The notes under the pieces are model-generated. The model was not told where the DNA came from. It made no database searches and worked only from the letters and a program-made list of their open reading frames with translations. The position numbers and the translations under genes are program-made. From Octopus bimaculoides (taxonomy: Eukaryota): a stretch of DNA of 64,000 nucleotides. This document shows positions 1 to 13,097 of this stretch, piece by piece; positions within the stretch are counted from its first letter, which is position 1, and the number at the start of each line of letters is the position of its first letter. The stretch lies in assembly GCF_001194135.2 (NCBI RefSeq), contig NC_068982.1, positions 173,011,192 through 173,075,191 on the forward strand. The letters are read 5' to 3'.

Positions 1-256
1 TGTGTGTGTCTACTTGTATATATGAATTATAGTATTGGTTCTGTTTGCCTCCAATATTCCCCATTATCACCCTTTTCTGTATCGCCAGCCATCACTCTCT
101 CTCTCTCACCACCGTGTTGTGGCTATTATTATCTCCCTTCTATTATACATCCAGACTGTCACTCAACACTTTGCCCTCACAGCCCGCTCACTCTGTCTCC
201 CCCGTCATACACCCGCTCTTCTGAACATCCACCCTAACAATTCCCTGCTACCATTA

Positions 257-287
<31 letters not shown>

Positions 288-643
288 GTTTATCCACCTC
301 TCAGTCACACCGCTTTGAATAATACAGTGGCACAGCATGCTCCAAGAGGGGTCTTTAGTTGTGTTAGAGATGAGGATAGCAACCTCTCTAATGAAGGCGC
401 CATGATAAATGCACCGAGTACACTCTGAAGAGTTGTTAATGTTAGGCAGAGCATCCTACCATATAAACAATGCTGACATTGGAACGTACAAGCATGATTT
501 GGTTCTCTTACTTGTCTTGTAGGACAGAAACTCTAAATAAGAACTTTATAATATGAACTGTGACAGCCTCTCCTACTTGTTCATGTCAGCATGGATAGTG
601 GACTTAATACAATGATGATGATATTTTTCTATATACTTACTTT

Positions 644-714
<71 letters not shown>

Positions 715-716
<2 letters not shown>

Positions 717-915
717 GTCTTAACGTCTTCTTTTCCATACTTGCATAGGCTCGATGGAGTTTAGTGAAGCAGATTTTCTATGCCCTTCTTGTTGTCACTG
801 TACCTGGCCTGTTTCCAAATACGGCAATGTTTTCCCATGGCCGGACATGCTTTTACAGATTATTGGAAATGAATGGCATTAATTTACAGCAATCATGTGA
901 TGTCAAGATGAGACA
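715..915 (-). mobile_element. SINE family D tail fragment
   Basis: Reverse-complement similarity to the D tails at 5870-6085 and 58510-58740. Confidence 0.6.
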
Positions 916-1227
916 CGAACATGCACACATATATACATTAGATTATATATATATATATAGATAGATAGATAGATTCAAGGTGGATATGGTACTTAAGTTT
1001 AGGCACCAGAATTAAGTACGGTATTATCCATACAGTTTCAAAATAAGGTGATTAAAGTCAAAATAAGCATTTTGTTACTTATTTTGATATATATATATAA
1101 ATAACAGGCTTCTTTCAGTATCCGTTCACTAAATCTGGAGCTGAGTGACAAGAAAATATTTGTGTACAATTCCACACTGTGAGATTGAACGCAAAACCAT
1201 GTGCTTGGAAAGTGAACTTCGTAATTT

Positions 1228-1530
1228 TGTATGTTTAAGAAGTTTGCTTCCCAACCATGTGCTCTTCGGTTCAGTCTCACTGCTTGATACTTTGAGCAAG
1301 TTTTTTTTACAAATATCTCCAGGCTAACTAAATCCCTGTGAGTTGACAGAAACTGAAAGAAGCCTGTCATATATAATATGTATGTATATGCCAGTTTGTT
1401 TGTGCTATCCTCATACAAATTACCTTCCTTGGAAATGAGTGGAGATTGGCTAAAGGAAAGGCATCTGGCCGTAGAACATTTCTCTTCCAGAATTCTGTCT
1501 GACCCATGCTTGCTTAGAAAAGTAAATGTT
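1228..1530 (+). mobile_element. SINE family D (family-A head plus RTE-like tail), degenerate
   Basis: Head gcttcccaaccat...ggttcagtc...gaaactgaaagaagcc, followed by tail ...ggaaaggcatctggccgtagaa...gacccatgc. Confidence 0.65.
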
Positions 1531-1564
1531 GGTAAAATATGTGTCGTGTGTGTGTGTGTATACT

Positions 1565-1716
1565 TTGGCGTTAGGAAGGGCATCCAACTGTGGAAATTCT
1601 GCCAAATTAGATTGGAGCCTGGTGTAGCCATCCGGTTGCACCAGTCCTCAGTCAAATCGTCCAACCCATGCTAGCATGGAAAGCAGACGTTAAACGACGA
1701 TGATGATGAAGATGAT
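1565..1716 (+). mobile_element. Family C, RTE-type 3' end with (GAT)n tail
   Basis: ggcgttaggaagggcatcc...gtccaacccatgctagcatggaaagcagacgttaaacgacgatgatgat, nearly identical to the copies at 31070 and 34840. Confidence 0.85.
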
Positions 1717-1718
1717 AT

Positions 1719-1778
<60 letters not shown>

Positions 1779-1844
1779 TATATATACACATACATATATA
1801 TATATACACATACATACATACTTAGCCACATATATTCTGTTACA

Positions 1845-2450
1845 CAAAGTTTTGCCACTTGTTGCAAACTTTGTGATCATTTTTTGTGACACTCAGCATC
1901 CAGGCCCTGAGACATTCACATGTGATATTTATCACTTCTACTGGTTCCTTCTTCTTGATTCACCTGACAATTTTTTTTTATCCAATTGTCACCTTTCATG
2001 TACATTACATTTCTGTACAAGATTAGTCATCTGTCTGAGTCACGTTACATCTAATTCCATTTATACTCAGTTTTTTGGGGGTTTTTTTTTTTCCTCCTAT
2101 GTCATTTATGCTAGTCATTTATCCTTACTAACATTACACATCTTGGCAGAGCATGTTCACTTCATTTCTGTTCAGCCTTCACACAACCTTTTCATGCAGT
2201 CCCCATATTTTGCTTCTGTACAACATCACACTTGTTACACAAACATCATCCAGTCCACTTCTCATGTGGAAAGAGAAGCCTTTCGTTGATAGCAGAAGTA
2301 AGAAATCTGTGAACTTCTCCACAATATTTTCTATGCTAGCTGCCATGCTTTCAGAACTCCAGTTCCACTAATTAGGTTACTAAGCTTACTTCTGATAAAC
2401 CATCTTAGCCTTTAGGATAATTTATTCCTAAAGTGCTCAAAGGTGCTGTC
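1845..2450 (-). mobile_element. Fossil RTE-clade LINE, C-terminal part of the RT ORF
   Basis: Minus strand from about 2325 reads IVEKFTDFLLLLSTKGFSFHMRSGLDDVCVTSVMLYRSKIWGLHEKVV*RLNRNEVNML, resembling the RTE motif W.KFRELLPLL..KG.SLR.KG.LY..CV..VMLYGSETW...RLERNE..ML. Contains stops and frameshifts. Confidence 0.7.
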
Positions 2451-2724
2451 AGTTATTTCTGTGTATCTGCCACATGAGAAATTTTCTTTCTGTATCATCC
2501 GACCTGTGATCACTTTTATACACTATACACCTCTTGTGTGGTCATAATTTACTTTGGGTTTACTAGAAAGAACAAAATAGCTGACCTAAGCATTTCCTGC
2601 CGTAATGGATTTCTTATTTCACACATCTTCAGTCTTCAAAGCTGCAAAGTCATTGGGCTATTTGTTGGCAAGGGGAATGACAACAACGTCACTGCTTGTA
2701 ACTCAGTAATTTTTTTGGTGCAAA

Positions 2725-2985
2725 TGCCGAACCATAACTTAGTGGTTTGGCAAAAAGAGACCGATAGAATAAGTACTAGGCTTACAAAGAATAAGTCCTC
2801 GACTAGAGGCGGTGCTCCAGCATGGCCACTGTCAAATGACTGAAAAAAGTATATGGTGACCTTCCTCCAGTTTCCATCTAACAAATCCACCCACAAGGCC
2901 TTGGTTGGCTGGAACTCTAACAGAAGAACCAGAGTACCGCACAGTGGAACTGAACCTGAAACCATATGGCTGGGAAGTGAACATT
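2725..2985. mobile_element. Family A tail (plus strand) abutting a family A head (minus strand)
   Basis: gagaccgatagaataagtactaggcttacaaagaataagtcc...ggtgctccagcatggcc on plus, then the inverted head ...gtggaactgaacctgaaaccatatggctgggaag. Confidence 0.7.
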
Positions 2986-4512
2986 TGTATGTGCGCGCGC
3001 GCGCACGTACACATGCACACATCACAGACACATGATTGGAGATTCACATGAACCTAAGTAATAGGTGCAACAGGTAATCGCTGAGATGTCTTTTCATGGA
3101 TATTAATTAAATGGAAATGGTGAGGAATACTTAGAATGTGTTACCTCACTGGATATTGAGATACTTTGGTGATTATTCCTCATATAAATATCTTAATATG
3201 TGTGTTCATGCATCTATACTCACACACACACACACACACAAACATATGGATATGTCATTGACACATAAAAGGCATACAGTGCGCTCTATAAAGTCATTAG
3301 TGTTAGGAAGGGCACCCAGCTATAGAAACCAAGCCAAAACGGATGGCTGGAGCCTGGTGCAGCACTCTGGCCTACCAGTCCCAATTAAACTCAGGGCTGT
3401 TGCTAAACCCCTACAGTTGTGGGGGGTGGGGGCATCATGTTAAGATCAACGTATGTAGATGAGTGATTTATTTACTTTGGTTAAGATGCTGAACAAGAAT
3501 TAAACTATGTATATTAACTGAAAATTTCAAGAAATAAAGTGGTAATACATTGTTCCTGCAAAAGTTCTTGCAGAAATATTACATTGTACCATGAACATGT
3601 ACAAGACTTTGTGGATTGTCTGTGATATTTATTGAACACAAACTTAGCCCTCAGCTTGATTTATTCTGAACTGATCATTGATTTCACGCCGTTTTCGTCT
3701 TTGAAAGTTGCCTGGATTATAAAAGTGCTCTTTTATTCATATCTGAAAGTTTTACTTATTGAAATTTGTAACAGACCTAAATAAATTTTACTTGTACTTT
3801 TTAAAGATGTTGTTTAGGATAACATGCAATATTGAACTTCAGATACAATAAAGTAAAATATAGCTATGAATAAAAGGTGCGTAGATTACGAATTTTGATT
3901 GAAGGGTTGGGGCCTCGAAACTAAGTGTTGCAGGGGGCCCTCTAAAAATCACGCGACGGAGCNNNNNNNNNNNNNNNNNNNNNNNNNNNNNNNNNNNNNN
4001 NNNNNNNNNNNNNNNNNNNNNNNNNNNNNNNNNNNNNNNNNNNNNNNNNNNNATATATATGTAAAATTTCATTTTTTGGGGCCCGGGTAGCCTCTTCCTG
4101 CTCTGTAGGCTTACCGGATCTTCAGACAAGTTGGACTGTGTGTACCTATCTACTGGTCAAACTCAGGGTATAAGAGAATGACTAAAATATATTTATAAAT
4201 CTCTACCTTGGTATTGAGCACTCTCCCCCCCTCCCTTCCCAACAGTTAAATACTAAATGGATAGATGTGTTGTTATCATTGTTTAAATTTCCTTTCCATG
4301 TTTTGTATGGTTCAAATCAAATTCATTGAAGCTAACTTTCTACAGCCAGATGCCTTTTATATTTCTAACTAATGTAGTATTTTTCTATGGCTGGACATAA
4401 CTCCATGGGAAAGATTAAAAGTGAAGGACACTGCTTATATGATGGCAGCATTCTTTTACAACTAACATGCAATTTCAAGGCCAGAACATGTGTGTATGTA
4501 CGCATATATGTA

Positions 4513-4548
<36 letters not shown>

Positions 4549-5580
4549 GTCTGTGTGTAACATATATATATATATATATATATAGTCTGTGTGTAACATA
4601 TATATATACTCTGAGTGAGTATGAGATACTTTCTTTTTCTACAAAACTTTCTTAGAAAAGCACTACAGATCCGATCTGTCAAGCTGAGCCTGTAAATACA
4701 TCCTTTAAGGAACTAAAAACTTTTTCTCTTTTTCCTGAATAAGCACTGCTGAAATTAGGGTGCGTTTTTTTATGTCGTCAAACTTATATAACACACACTC
4801 ACACTCCTCTCTCTCTCTCTCTCTCTCACACACACATACAATGTATGTATATGTATACAGGTTTATATGTATAAGTAGAAATCTTTATATGTATTTAGAT
4901 GCACAAGGATATCTATATACATAAAACCATTTATGTGTGTGTGTGTGTATCATTGCCATCATTTTATGCCAGTTTCCGATACTCACTGGGCTGAGTTGTG
5001 TATATTATGACGGTATTATCACTATCCCAAACCTTAAGTGTTTGAAGGCCCTATGGCCAGCTGATTATTTATTATCAAAGGAAGTGACCACAACATCATT
5101 GCTTGTTGTTCAGCAGTTGTTTTCAATGACCTGCAAAGACACATATATATGTTATACAAAGGGCTTCTTTCAGTTTCCACATAACCAAATCCACTTGTAA
5201 ATCCTTGCCTGACCTTAGGCAATTGGCCAATTTGCTGAAACCACAAGACTGGAAAGTGGATTCTTAAACACACTGCCATATGATTTCAGGGACGGTACCA
5301 CAGCATAACACATTGGGCTGGTGTTTTCTATTATAGCCTCAGGCCACTTAAAGCCTTGCCAATAGATGTCATTGACCAAAACTGAAAAAAGCACATCATG
5401 TGTGTATATTTTAAGATTTTGCTTAAGCATAATGATTCTAACACACCACAATATTAATTAACGAATGACAAAGTAACAGAAATCAGTTCATTAGCTTACA
5501 GCTGTTTCTGCAGTGCATCACAGCTGAGTGCTTGTACTAGATCCTATAGTTTTCTCGGATCCATTAAAATGAATCCAATT

Positions 5581-5622
<42 letters not shown>

Positions 5623-5786
5623 CTCATGATATTTGTAAATAAATGTCACTCATACAAGCTTTGGGAAATATTACCTTCTTGCTAACAGGTGAGGCTTGGA
5701 AGGACACTTGACCATAGAAAATCTTCCATAAACTCTATATGATCCATGCAAACATGGATCAAAAGTGAACATGACAGTGCAAGCAT

Positions 5787-6085
5787 TGGTTCTGTGATTA
5801 AGCGGTTCACTTTCCAACCTCATGATTTTGAGTTCAGTCCCGTTGCATGTATGTTTGTGCCTCCTTGGGTTGACATCTCATGATAGTTGTAAATGGTTGT
5901 CACTGCCAATACAAACTATGTCGTTACTTCCAGTATTCTGTGAACATACCCGACCATAGGAAATATTACGTTGCTTAGAAATAGATGAGGGTTGGAAATA
6001 AAAACAGGAAGGGCACCTGGTTGTAGAGAATGTGACTCTGTGAATTTCTTCTGATTTATGCAAGTGTGGGAAAGTGAATGTTACT
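5787..6085 (+). mobile_element. SINE family D, degenerate
   Basis: tRNA-like head gagttcagtccc, then ...ggaaatattacgttgcttagaaatagatgagggttgg...caggaagggcacc...tttatgcaagtgtgggaaagtgaatgtt. Confidence 0.6.
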
Positions 6086-6649
6086 TAAAATATTACTTCC
6101 TATATATATATATATATATGTATAGATAGATAAATAGATGTAGATACACACACATACAGGTCTCCAACTCATATCTAGTCAGAAAGTAAGGGAAGAGAAA
6201 TAGACATTATTGCTTCAAAAAACCATGTATAGATGCATATTCAGGACCGTGGATAATGTCAATAAAATAATTGATAAGTTGATGTAAAGTTTTAATGAAA
6301 TATCATGAGATTGAATGTAATACAAATGCTTATACACACCATTAATGGTAATAAATATCATAAATGAGATAACAATGAAGGAACTTAATAAACGAGAAAA
6401 AGGAAATAGGATGGTACTGAAAGGAACAGCAGAAATATTAAAATGAAAAGATCCTCAGCATTCCACAGAATACTTTAACTTTTGTTTCGGAAAGTTCAAG
6501 CTCAAATTCTGCTGGGAATTTTGGAATGAGTTTATTTGTAATATCTTTTCACGTGTTAGCAGTTTTAGGAGAGAGATATTGCTTGGTGTCTGTGAGATAT
6601 TCTGGTAGCAAGGATGAGAAGTGCTAATAATTATTATAATATAATATGA

Positions 6650-6772
6650 TATACATATATTAATGCATATATATTGTATATTAATACACCTATATTACAA
6701 AGCATTTGTGCATGTCTTTATAATTTTTCCAATATTATATATTTCATAGATTTTATACAATTTCATATTGTC

Positions 6773-6839
<67 letters not shown>

Positions 6840-7159
6840 AACACGTATATATACATACATATACATTTATATATGTTTATATTATGTTCGCATATTCATA
6901 CATATACATAACTGTATGCTTGTGTATATATGTATATATGTGTGTATATATATATATATATAAAATGTAAACACATCTATATACATATATACATATATAT
7001 ATGTATGTATATATATATATATATATGTACATATATGTATGTGTGTATATATATTATATATACATATATATATTATATATATATGTATATATAGTATATA
7101 TTATCTGTATGTATATATATATATAATATGTGGAAAGCCGACATTAAACAACAATGATG

Positions 7160-7205
<46 letters not shown>

Positions 7206-7342
7206 CACATACATATATGTGTGTGTGTGTATGTATAGTATATTATATATATATATATATGTGTGTGTATATTATATTATATATATTATATGTATATATT
7301 ATATATGTACATTATATAAATATATTATATACTATAATATAT

Positions 7343-7399
<57 letters not shown>

Positions 7400-7413
7400 A
7401 CAGGTATTTGTTT

Positions 7414-7446
<33 letters not shown>

Positions 7447-7460
7447 ACATACAATCAAAC
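6650..7460. repeat. Compound (AT)n/(AC)n microsatellite tract
   Basis: About 800 bp of nearly pure AT and AC/GT dinucleotide runs; the source of the spurious YI/HT-rich ORFs. Confidence 0.95.
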
Positions 7461-7499
7461 ATATACAACCAAACATATATACAACCAAACATACAATCA

Positions 7500-10400
7500 T
7501 ACTACATCTGGGCCGTGTTGGGATACCGCTTTTCTCTAACTTGAGTCTGGTACCGATTCCACTGATTAATCACCATCGAATAGCTAAATTCCGAGGGACA
7601 CAACTACTATGTATAGAGACTACATTGCACATAGACACACTCGCACACTCATTGTGTATGTGGTTACAAAAAAAAAAAAAGAGAAAACGTAGTGTGAAAT
7701 AGCCATTTATTTCAATCTGCATCGTCTGTCTTGTACTTTCTTCTTCTCTTTAAATAGTCTCCCCATTGAATATGGGAATTTCCGGCATGGATTATATTGC
7801 TGTCTATGATTCTGTGTTTAGTTTATAACATAGCATGCCTCTTATAGTGTGCTTTATAATCATCTCCGCTAAGACCAGCCCGGATTGATCCCTTTATCTT
7901 CGTTTATGTGCATTTCATACACACACACACACACACACACACATGTGCGATTCAACCTGCCTGTCTGTGTGCGCTCGTTCGTGTTTGTGTGTGTGTGTGT
8001 GTGTGTGTAGGTATGCATTAATGCTGTGTTTGAAGAGCTGTGCTTAGGTACAGATTTCAGAGTATTGTAGTTATGCTTCGTTTAACATTAAAATGCACAC
8101 TCATAATCTGCGTGTGTGTGTGTAGGTTCACACAATACGCTATTTTTATACTTAGATTTACTTTCAGAGAATACACTTCAATCTATACAGTACGCACAGG
8201 CGTTACACATACAGTCCACAAACATCTGCATTTCCTGTTGGGATTATTGTATGTATGTGTGTATATTTACACGATGAGAAGTGTATGTGTGATGCTGCTT
8301 TCTATTCTCGGCCAGGCAGTGTCAACGCATTCACTACACGCACTTGACGCTCGCGCGCGTGTATATATAAATGTATGTATGTACGTATGGTATGAGATAT
8401 TTTGTCACTTGTTCTCCGTATAAACTCGCACGCACCTTATTTGTGTGTGCACCAGGACCAGACTCTTATTCATACGCCTTTTCCCTTTTGGAAGTTCACC
8501 GAGGTGGTTCTCTTCTCAGACCGTTGCTTAGCACCGAGTGCATGTGTACTTCTCCGAATGAGTGAGAGAGAGAGAGAGAGAGTGTGTGTGTGTGTATATA
8601 TAAAGTCTGCCTTTCTACACGTATGTCTGTCTTATACGAATGCATGAATGAATAATTATTATTATCAAAGTTTTAAGACCTCATTGTAGTGATTAATGGT
8701 GGTGATTTAATGGTAGTCGTGATTTAACCCCAAATCAATCCTCATTCATTATACTTACAATTAAAACATCCAAGCCATGACCTACCCTGTTTGTTTGTTT
8801 TTCCCTCTCTAAGCGTTGTGTGTCTAAGATTGCATACAGTTTATTGTTTTTTAAAGACGGTAGGGTACAGATTTGGCAACAGATGTGTTGGCCGCTATTT
8901 CTAGCGTTCGCGTCGAGATTCCCAGAAAATAGTGTCACAGCACTCCTTCGCTTCCGTTCCGAGCACCGTTGCTCCACCATCCTCAGTAACCAATATATTC
9001 GTTCAATACACGAATGAAGATAGATAGATTTAGTTTTGCTTAGATCAGCATTATATGTGTACGCTTTGACATTTCTTCTACCACCACCGACCAACTCTTA
9101 CTGTTCATACCGCCTTCTCCCAAAACACTCATCTTCTGCACTCTACACACACACACACCTAACTCTCTCTTTCTCTCTCTCTCACACACACATTGTGTGT
9201 ATCTATGGTATATATATTGTGGGTGTTATATTATGTCATTAGCCTATCTACACTCGCTATCAACACACCTAGCAAGTCTAAATCCTTTTCTTTATGTCGC
9301 TGTTTCTTCCATGCTATCCCCATCACCCTGTGTGTGTGTGTGTGTGTTCTATCTATTTAACCTGTCTTACCTTCTCCATCTATCCATGTGACTAATGTAT
9401 TTATATATGAATCCATCCACCCCACCTCCCGTTTTTATTTTAGTTAGCACCACCATCACCTTTGGAGTATCTATCAATACCTAACCACGTCTGTACTGAA
9501 TAACCTGAGCTGTTCAATATTTCTGATGACTATTCAATTCTCATTTTCTGCTTTGTCTGCACTATTTCGTTCCTTTTCGTTAGAGATTCCCCTCTTTCGA
9601 GGAACCCTCTCCCTCATTCTTTCTGATTCTCTTTTAAGCAATTGCCTAACTATTTACACATCTATCTTTCAGTCTATTTAACTGTTCCTTTATTTTTTAA
9701 TACACATTTTCTATCCAACTATTTGTTTATGCGTTCACATATCTCTGTCTTGGTGCATTTGTCTATCTTTCTATCTATCTCATGTGTATAGTATCAATGA
9801 AATTATTCGATTAGGAAACTAGCGATTATTAATTACAATCGTCACTAAATAGTCATTAATAAAAAAAAAACGGTTATTATTATTAAATAAATAAATTAGA
9901 GTTATTTGATTAATTACATATTTCTATTTCTGTTGTGTAGTTCAAATGAGTGTTTGTCTTTTGGATCATACACATATGCAGATAGATCTTTTTATATTTT
10001 TATGTTGCCTTTGAGTAGAATGCAAATCATGCTCGTGCTACTTATAGGGGTCTCCTGCACGTACACACACGTGTGTGTGTCTGTGTGTGTAAGATGAACC
10101 TGATTATATAATGTGAACTGCAGTATCGGTCGCTCGTTCGACCAGGTCAGCAGGTTTGAAATATAAGCTCACAAAACATACACTCGCGCACATAGACGTA
10201 CGTACACACTCTCCACTCAGTCATTCTGTTCTCCTACACACACTTCAAGGTGTGGAAATTATCATGTATCATTCTTCAATGACTGTCCCTTGTTGCTCCG
10301 TTTCCGTTCATTCATTAAAACATTTTATCAGTCTTTCCATTGTTTTTTTTTGTTTTGTTTTGTGTTTTTTTAAAATTCCAACCTGTTTATCACGTGTTTT

Positions 10401-10853
10401 GTGTGCGTATGCCAGTCTGTGGAGCGGACTTAGCATGGCATTAATAATGTGATTGCAGAAATGCAAATCTTTCTCATTCACACATTCGTAAATGTGTATG
10501 CGTGTGTGTGTGTGTGTGTGTGTGTGTGGGAGGGTCAACTAGTTCCAAATAGATATATCAACGCTCTCTCTTCACTGATCTATAAATACAGAAACACGTG
10601 AGCGTGTGTGTACTGGAAGTTTTCGTCTGCAGATTCGTTTGGTGTCATTGCATTAATAAAAATAATACTTAAGTCCCCCTCCAAAAAAAGGGATCTATTT
10701 TTATACAAATATAGCATCGTCCATTAGATTATCTGTATATCTATAGATTATTTAGACAGTCATTGTACTATCTATATGTCTCTTCTTTCGGATGCCCGTT
10801 ATGGTGTCTTATTCCTTCTCATTTGGCATGCCTGATATACTATTTATGTCCGC

Positions 10854-10889
<36 letters not shown>

Positions 10890-11187
10890 GTACCATCTAT
10901 ATTTCTTGCTTTTCTATGATCGTTACCCTACCTACATAGTTTCCATATCCGTATAAACATTTACATTTAGACTGGGTTTTTTTCTTAAAAGCCGGATGTT
11001 AATTCTGGAGAAATGATTTAGCTGTACTAAAGCTGCTAATAGTGATGCACACATGTTTGTGCATGTACTTAATGCATTTTAGTATGTCCTACGTGTTCAC
11101 CCACAACATAACGTTGTGCACTTCCATAGTAATTACGGATGCACTAACAAATGTATGATATTGTGTTGCTCACACATACTGTGTGCA

Positions 11188-11239
<52 letters not shown>

Positions 11240-12500
11240 TGCATATATAAAGAGGCATGAAATATATCTTTGTACAGGCACGGAAAGGGAGATTTCGTTG
11301 GGTGCTGTTTGCGAAACATGTTCGTAATTTCAGCCATGGAGAACATTTGTGACTGATGAGCTGAAGTAGATCAATTCTGTTCAGAGATCGAAACCTGCTT
11401 TGTCTGTTAGCGTCGGATTTCTAACTCCAAACAGCTTCGCTTTTTTAAAAATTTTTTTTTTTACATCGTTTGGGTCGCCAAGAGGAAAGTTAACGAGTGT
11501 CTTAATCTATTGTTGACACTCTTCTCTGGCCGTCAGCATCAATTCTAGTTCTCCCATCCTATTTGAACCCTCCACCCGTCCCGTGTATCACATGCGACAC
11601 GCAGGACATGTTTCCCTGGCGTCCAAGCATCATATATGGTACACATTCCTAAGATTTTTCAACCTAGCGTATCTTGAGACTTATGAAGGAAAGCTATATT
11701 TTACTCAGGGCGTATGAAACAAGGTCTAACTAGAAGTTTGAAAATAAGCATGGATATTTAGGACAAACTTATGAAAATGCTTTGGACAGACACAGGGTCA
11801 ACTAACGACTGGCAACATACGAACCGCCCTACTTTTCGGCAATCTGATGCCAAACCTATCAGTGGTTCAATAACAGAATGTAGTAAACACTGTGTGAATG
11901 TGACATGAAGTTCGTCGAGTTGGAGTACTGTATTCATATCTAATTATGTGTTGATGTATACTTTTGCCGGTGATGATCCCTCGTCTAGTGGGCTCTCTGT
12001 TGACGAAGTCTATTCAATCGTGTTACAAACATCGCCAAGAAACGCGCACACATATCCAAATAAAGACGAAATTATTGGTAGGTTTGGTTGAATCGTTAAA
12101 ATCGTATAAGCGACGGTATATCATTGTCTCTTTACGTCTTGAGTTCAAAACCCGCCTAGTTGGCACAACCTTTCATCTTGTTTGGCAGTGATCAACGGTT
12201 ATATAATAAAGGTTTTTTGCTCTTAAAAGTGGTGAACTGTACCTATATAGGCTATTGTACGTTTAGAATTATGTCCAATGAATAGATAGGCGAATAGTGT
12301 TTTTGCTGTGTGTTTGTGAGTCTGTGCAGAACACTTAAACAGTAAACTGTCTGGGAATTTAATCAGCAATAGATTAGTAACTTGTCCAGGGAGAGATCAA
12401 TCTTTTATTCGTTTCTTGCTAAGAAACCAGAGTCTCTGGGGGGCCGTTTTTACATCAGTAGATTCGCCTGATTTTTTCAGTCTCTCCACGCTTAGCTTGC
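7500..12500. promoter_or_regulatory. CpG-retaining zone; candidate unmethylated promoter/TSS region
   Basis: By eye, CpG is frequent here in non-repeat sequence (e.g. about 10 in 8881-9000) and nearly absent in flanking unique DNA (e.g. 24300-25500). Motifs: ETS-like CTTCCG 8951, CCAAT 8990, Inr-like TCAGTC 10217, TATAAATA 10581, CACGTG 10595. Confidence 0.45.
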
Positions 12501-12707
12501 AAATATCTATGAATACTGCTTGTCTTCATCTAGCTACATATTTCAAAGACGGACGAAAACTTTCCATTAAAATTTTTGGCTCATATTATGCATGTATGAT
12601 CAACTTGACCATACATGCATATATATGTATGTGTGTGTGCATATGTACATATATATACATTTATATATGCACACACACGCATATATATATATGTGTGTGT
12701 GTATATG

Positions 12708-12755
<48 letters not shown>

Positions 12756-13057
12756 AGTAAAAATAAATACAAAAAAGGTGGGGTTTTTTGTATGATTGTG
12801 TATAGAGGAATATATTATTTAGTTTAAAAGAGTTCCAACACTGTCTGTTTTTTATGTTTTATTTATATTCCTGCAGAACCAATGTGGGGTATAGAATATG
12901 GAATATACAATATATAATATAATATACAATATATGATATAAAATAAAATAAAATAAAAATGGATGGCACCATGAAAGAAAGTATTGAATGTAGATGAAAT
13001 ATTGAGTGTTCAATATAAAGGATCAAATATATAAATATATAAATATAAATATATAAA

Positions 13058-13097
13058 GGCGACTCGAGTTTCAGGGCTATTTCCCTTCGTCATGGCC
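13058..13097 (-). ncRNA. Minimal type-I hammerhead-ribozyme-like motif (Penelope-type)
   Basis: Minus strand reads GGC-C(A)UGACGA-AGGG-aaauag-CCCU-GAA-ACUCGAGU-C-GCC: stem I GGC/GCC, stem II AGGG/CCCU, palindromic stem III ACUCGAGU and a GUC cleavage triplet. There is one extra A in the core. Confidence 0.6.

Noticed and set aside
982-1029. Small hairpin gtacttaa...ttaagtac (another 8-bp hairpin at 20831-20850)
   Set aside because: Stems this short are expected by chance in 64 kb of AT-rich DNA.
3880-4110. gggggccc-rich ends suggesting a DNA transposon
   Set aside because: Interrupted by an N-gap; TIRs and TSD could not be defined.
4526-4610. Duplicated (TA)n-gtctgtgtgtaaca unit
   Set aside because: A short slippage or assembly duplicate within a microsatellite; not CRISPR-like (no unique spacers, eukaryotic context).
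6674-7702. YI/HT/CV-rich ORFs here, and X-containing ORFs across gaps elsewhere
   Set aside because: Translations of dinucleotide repeats and N-runs.
8735-9094. 119-aa minus-strand ORF in the CpG-rich zone
   Set aside because: No recognisable motif; it partly overlaps an F-family repeat remnant.
11353-11414. CTGATGA...GAAAC...GTC hammerhead-like word order
   Set aside because: Stem II needs a 4-nt bulge, stem III has a C-C clash and stem I cannot form in any topology. It also fails as a C/D snoRNA.
11998-12075. TTGACGAAGTC...GACGAAAT hammerhead-like spacing
   Set aside because: C3 is missing and there is no stem III or stem I; consistent with chance.
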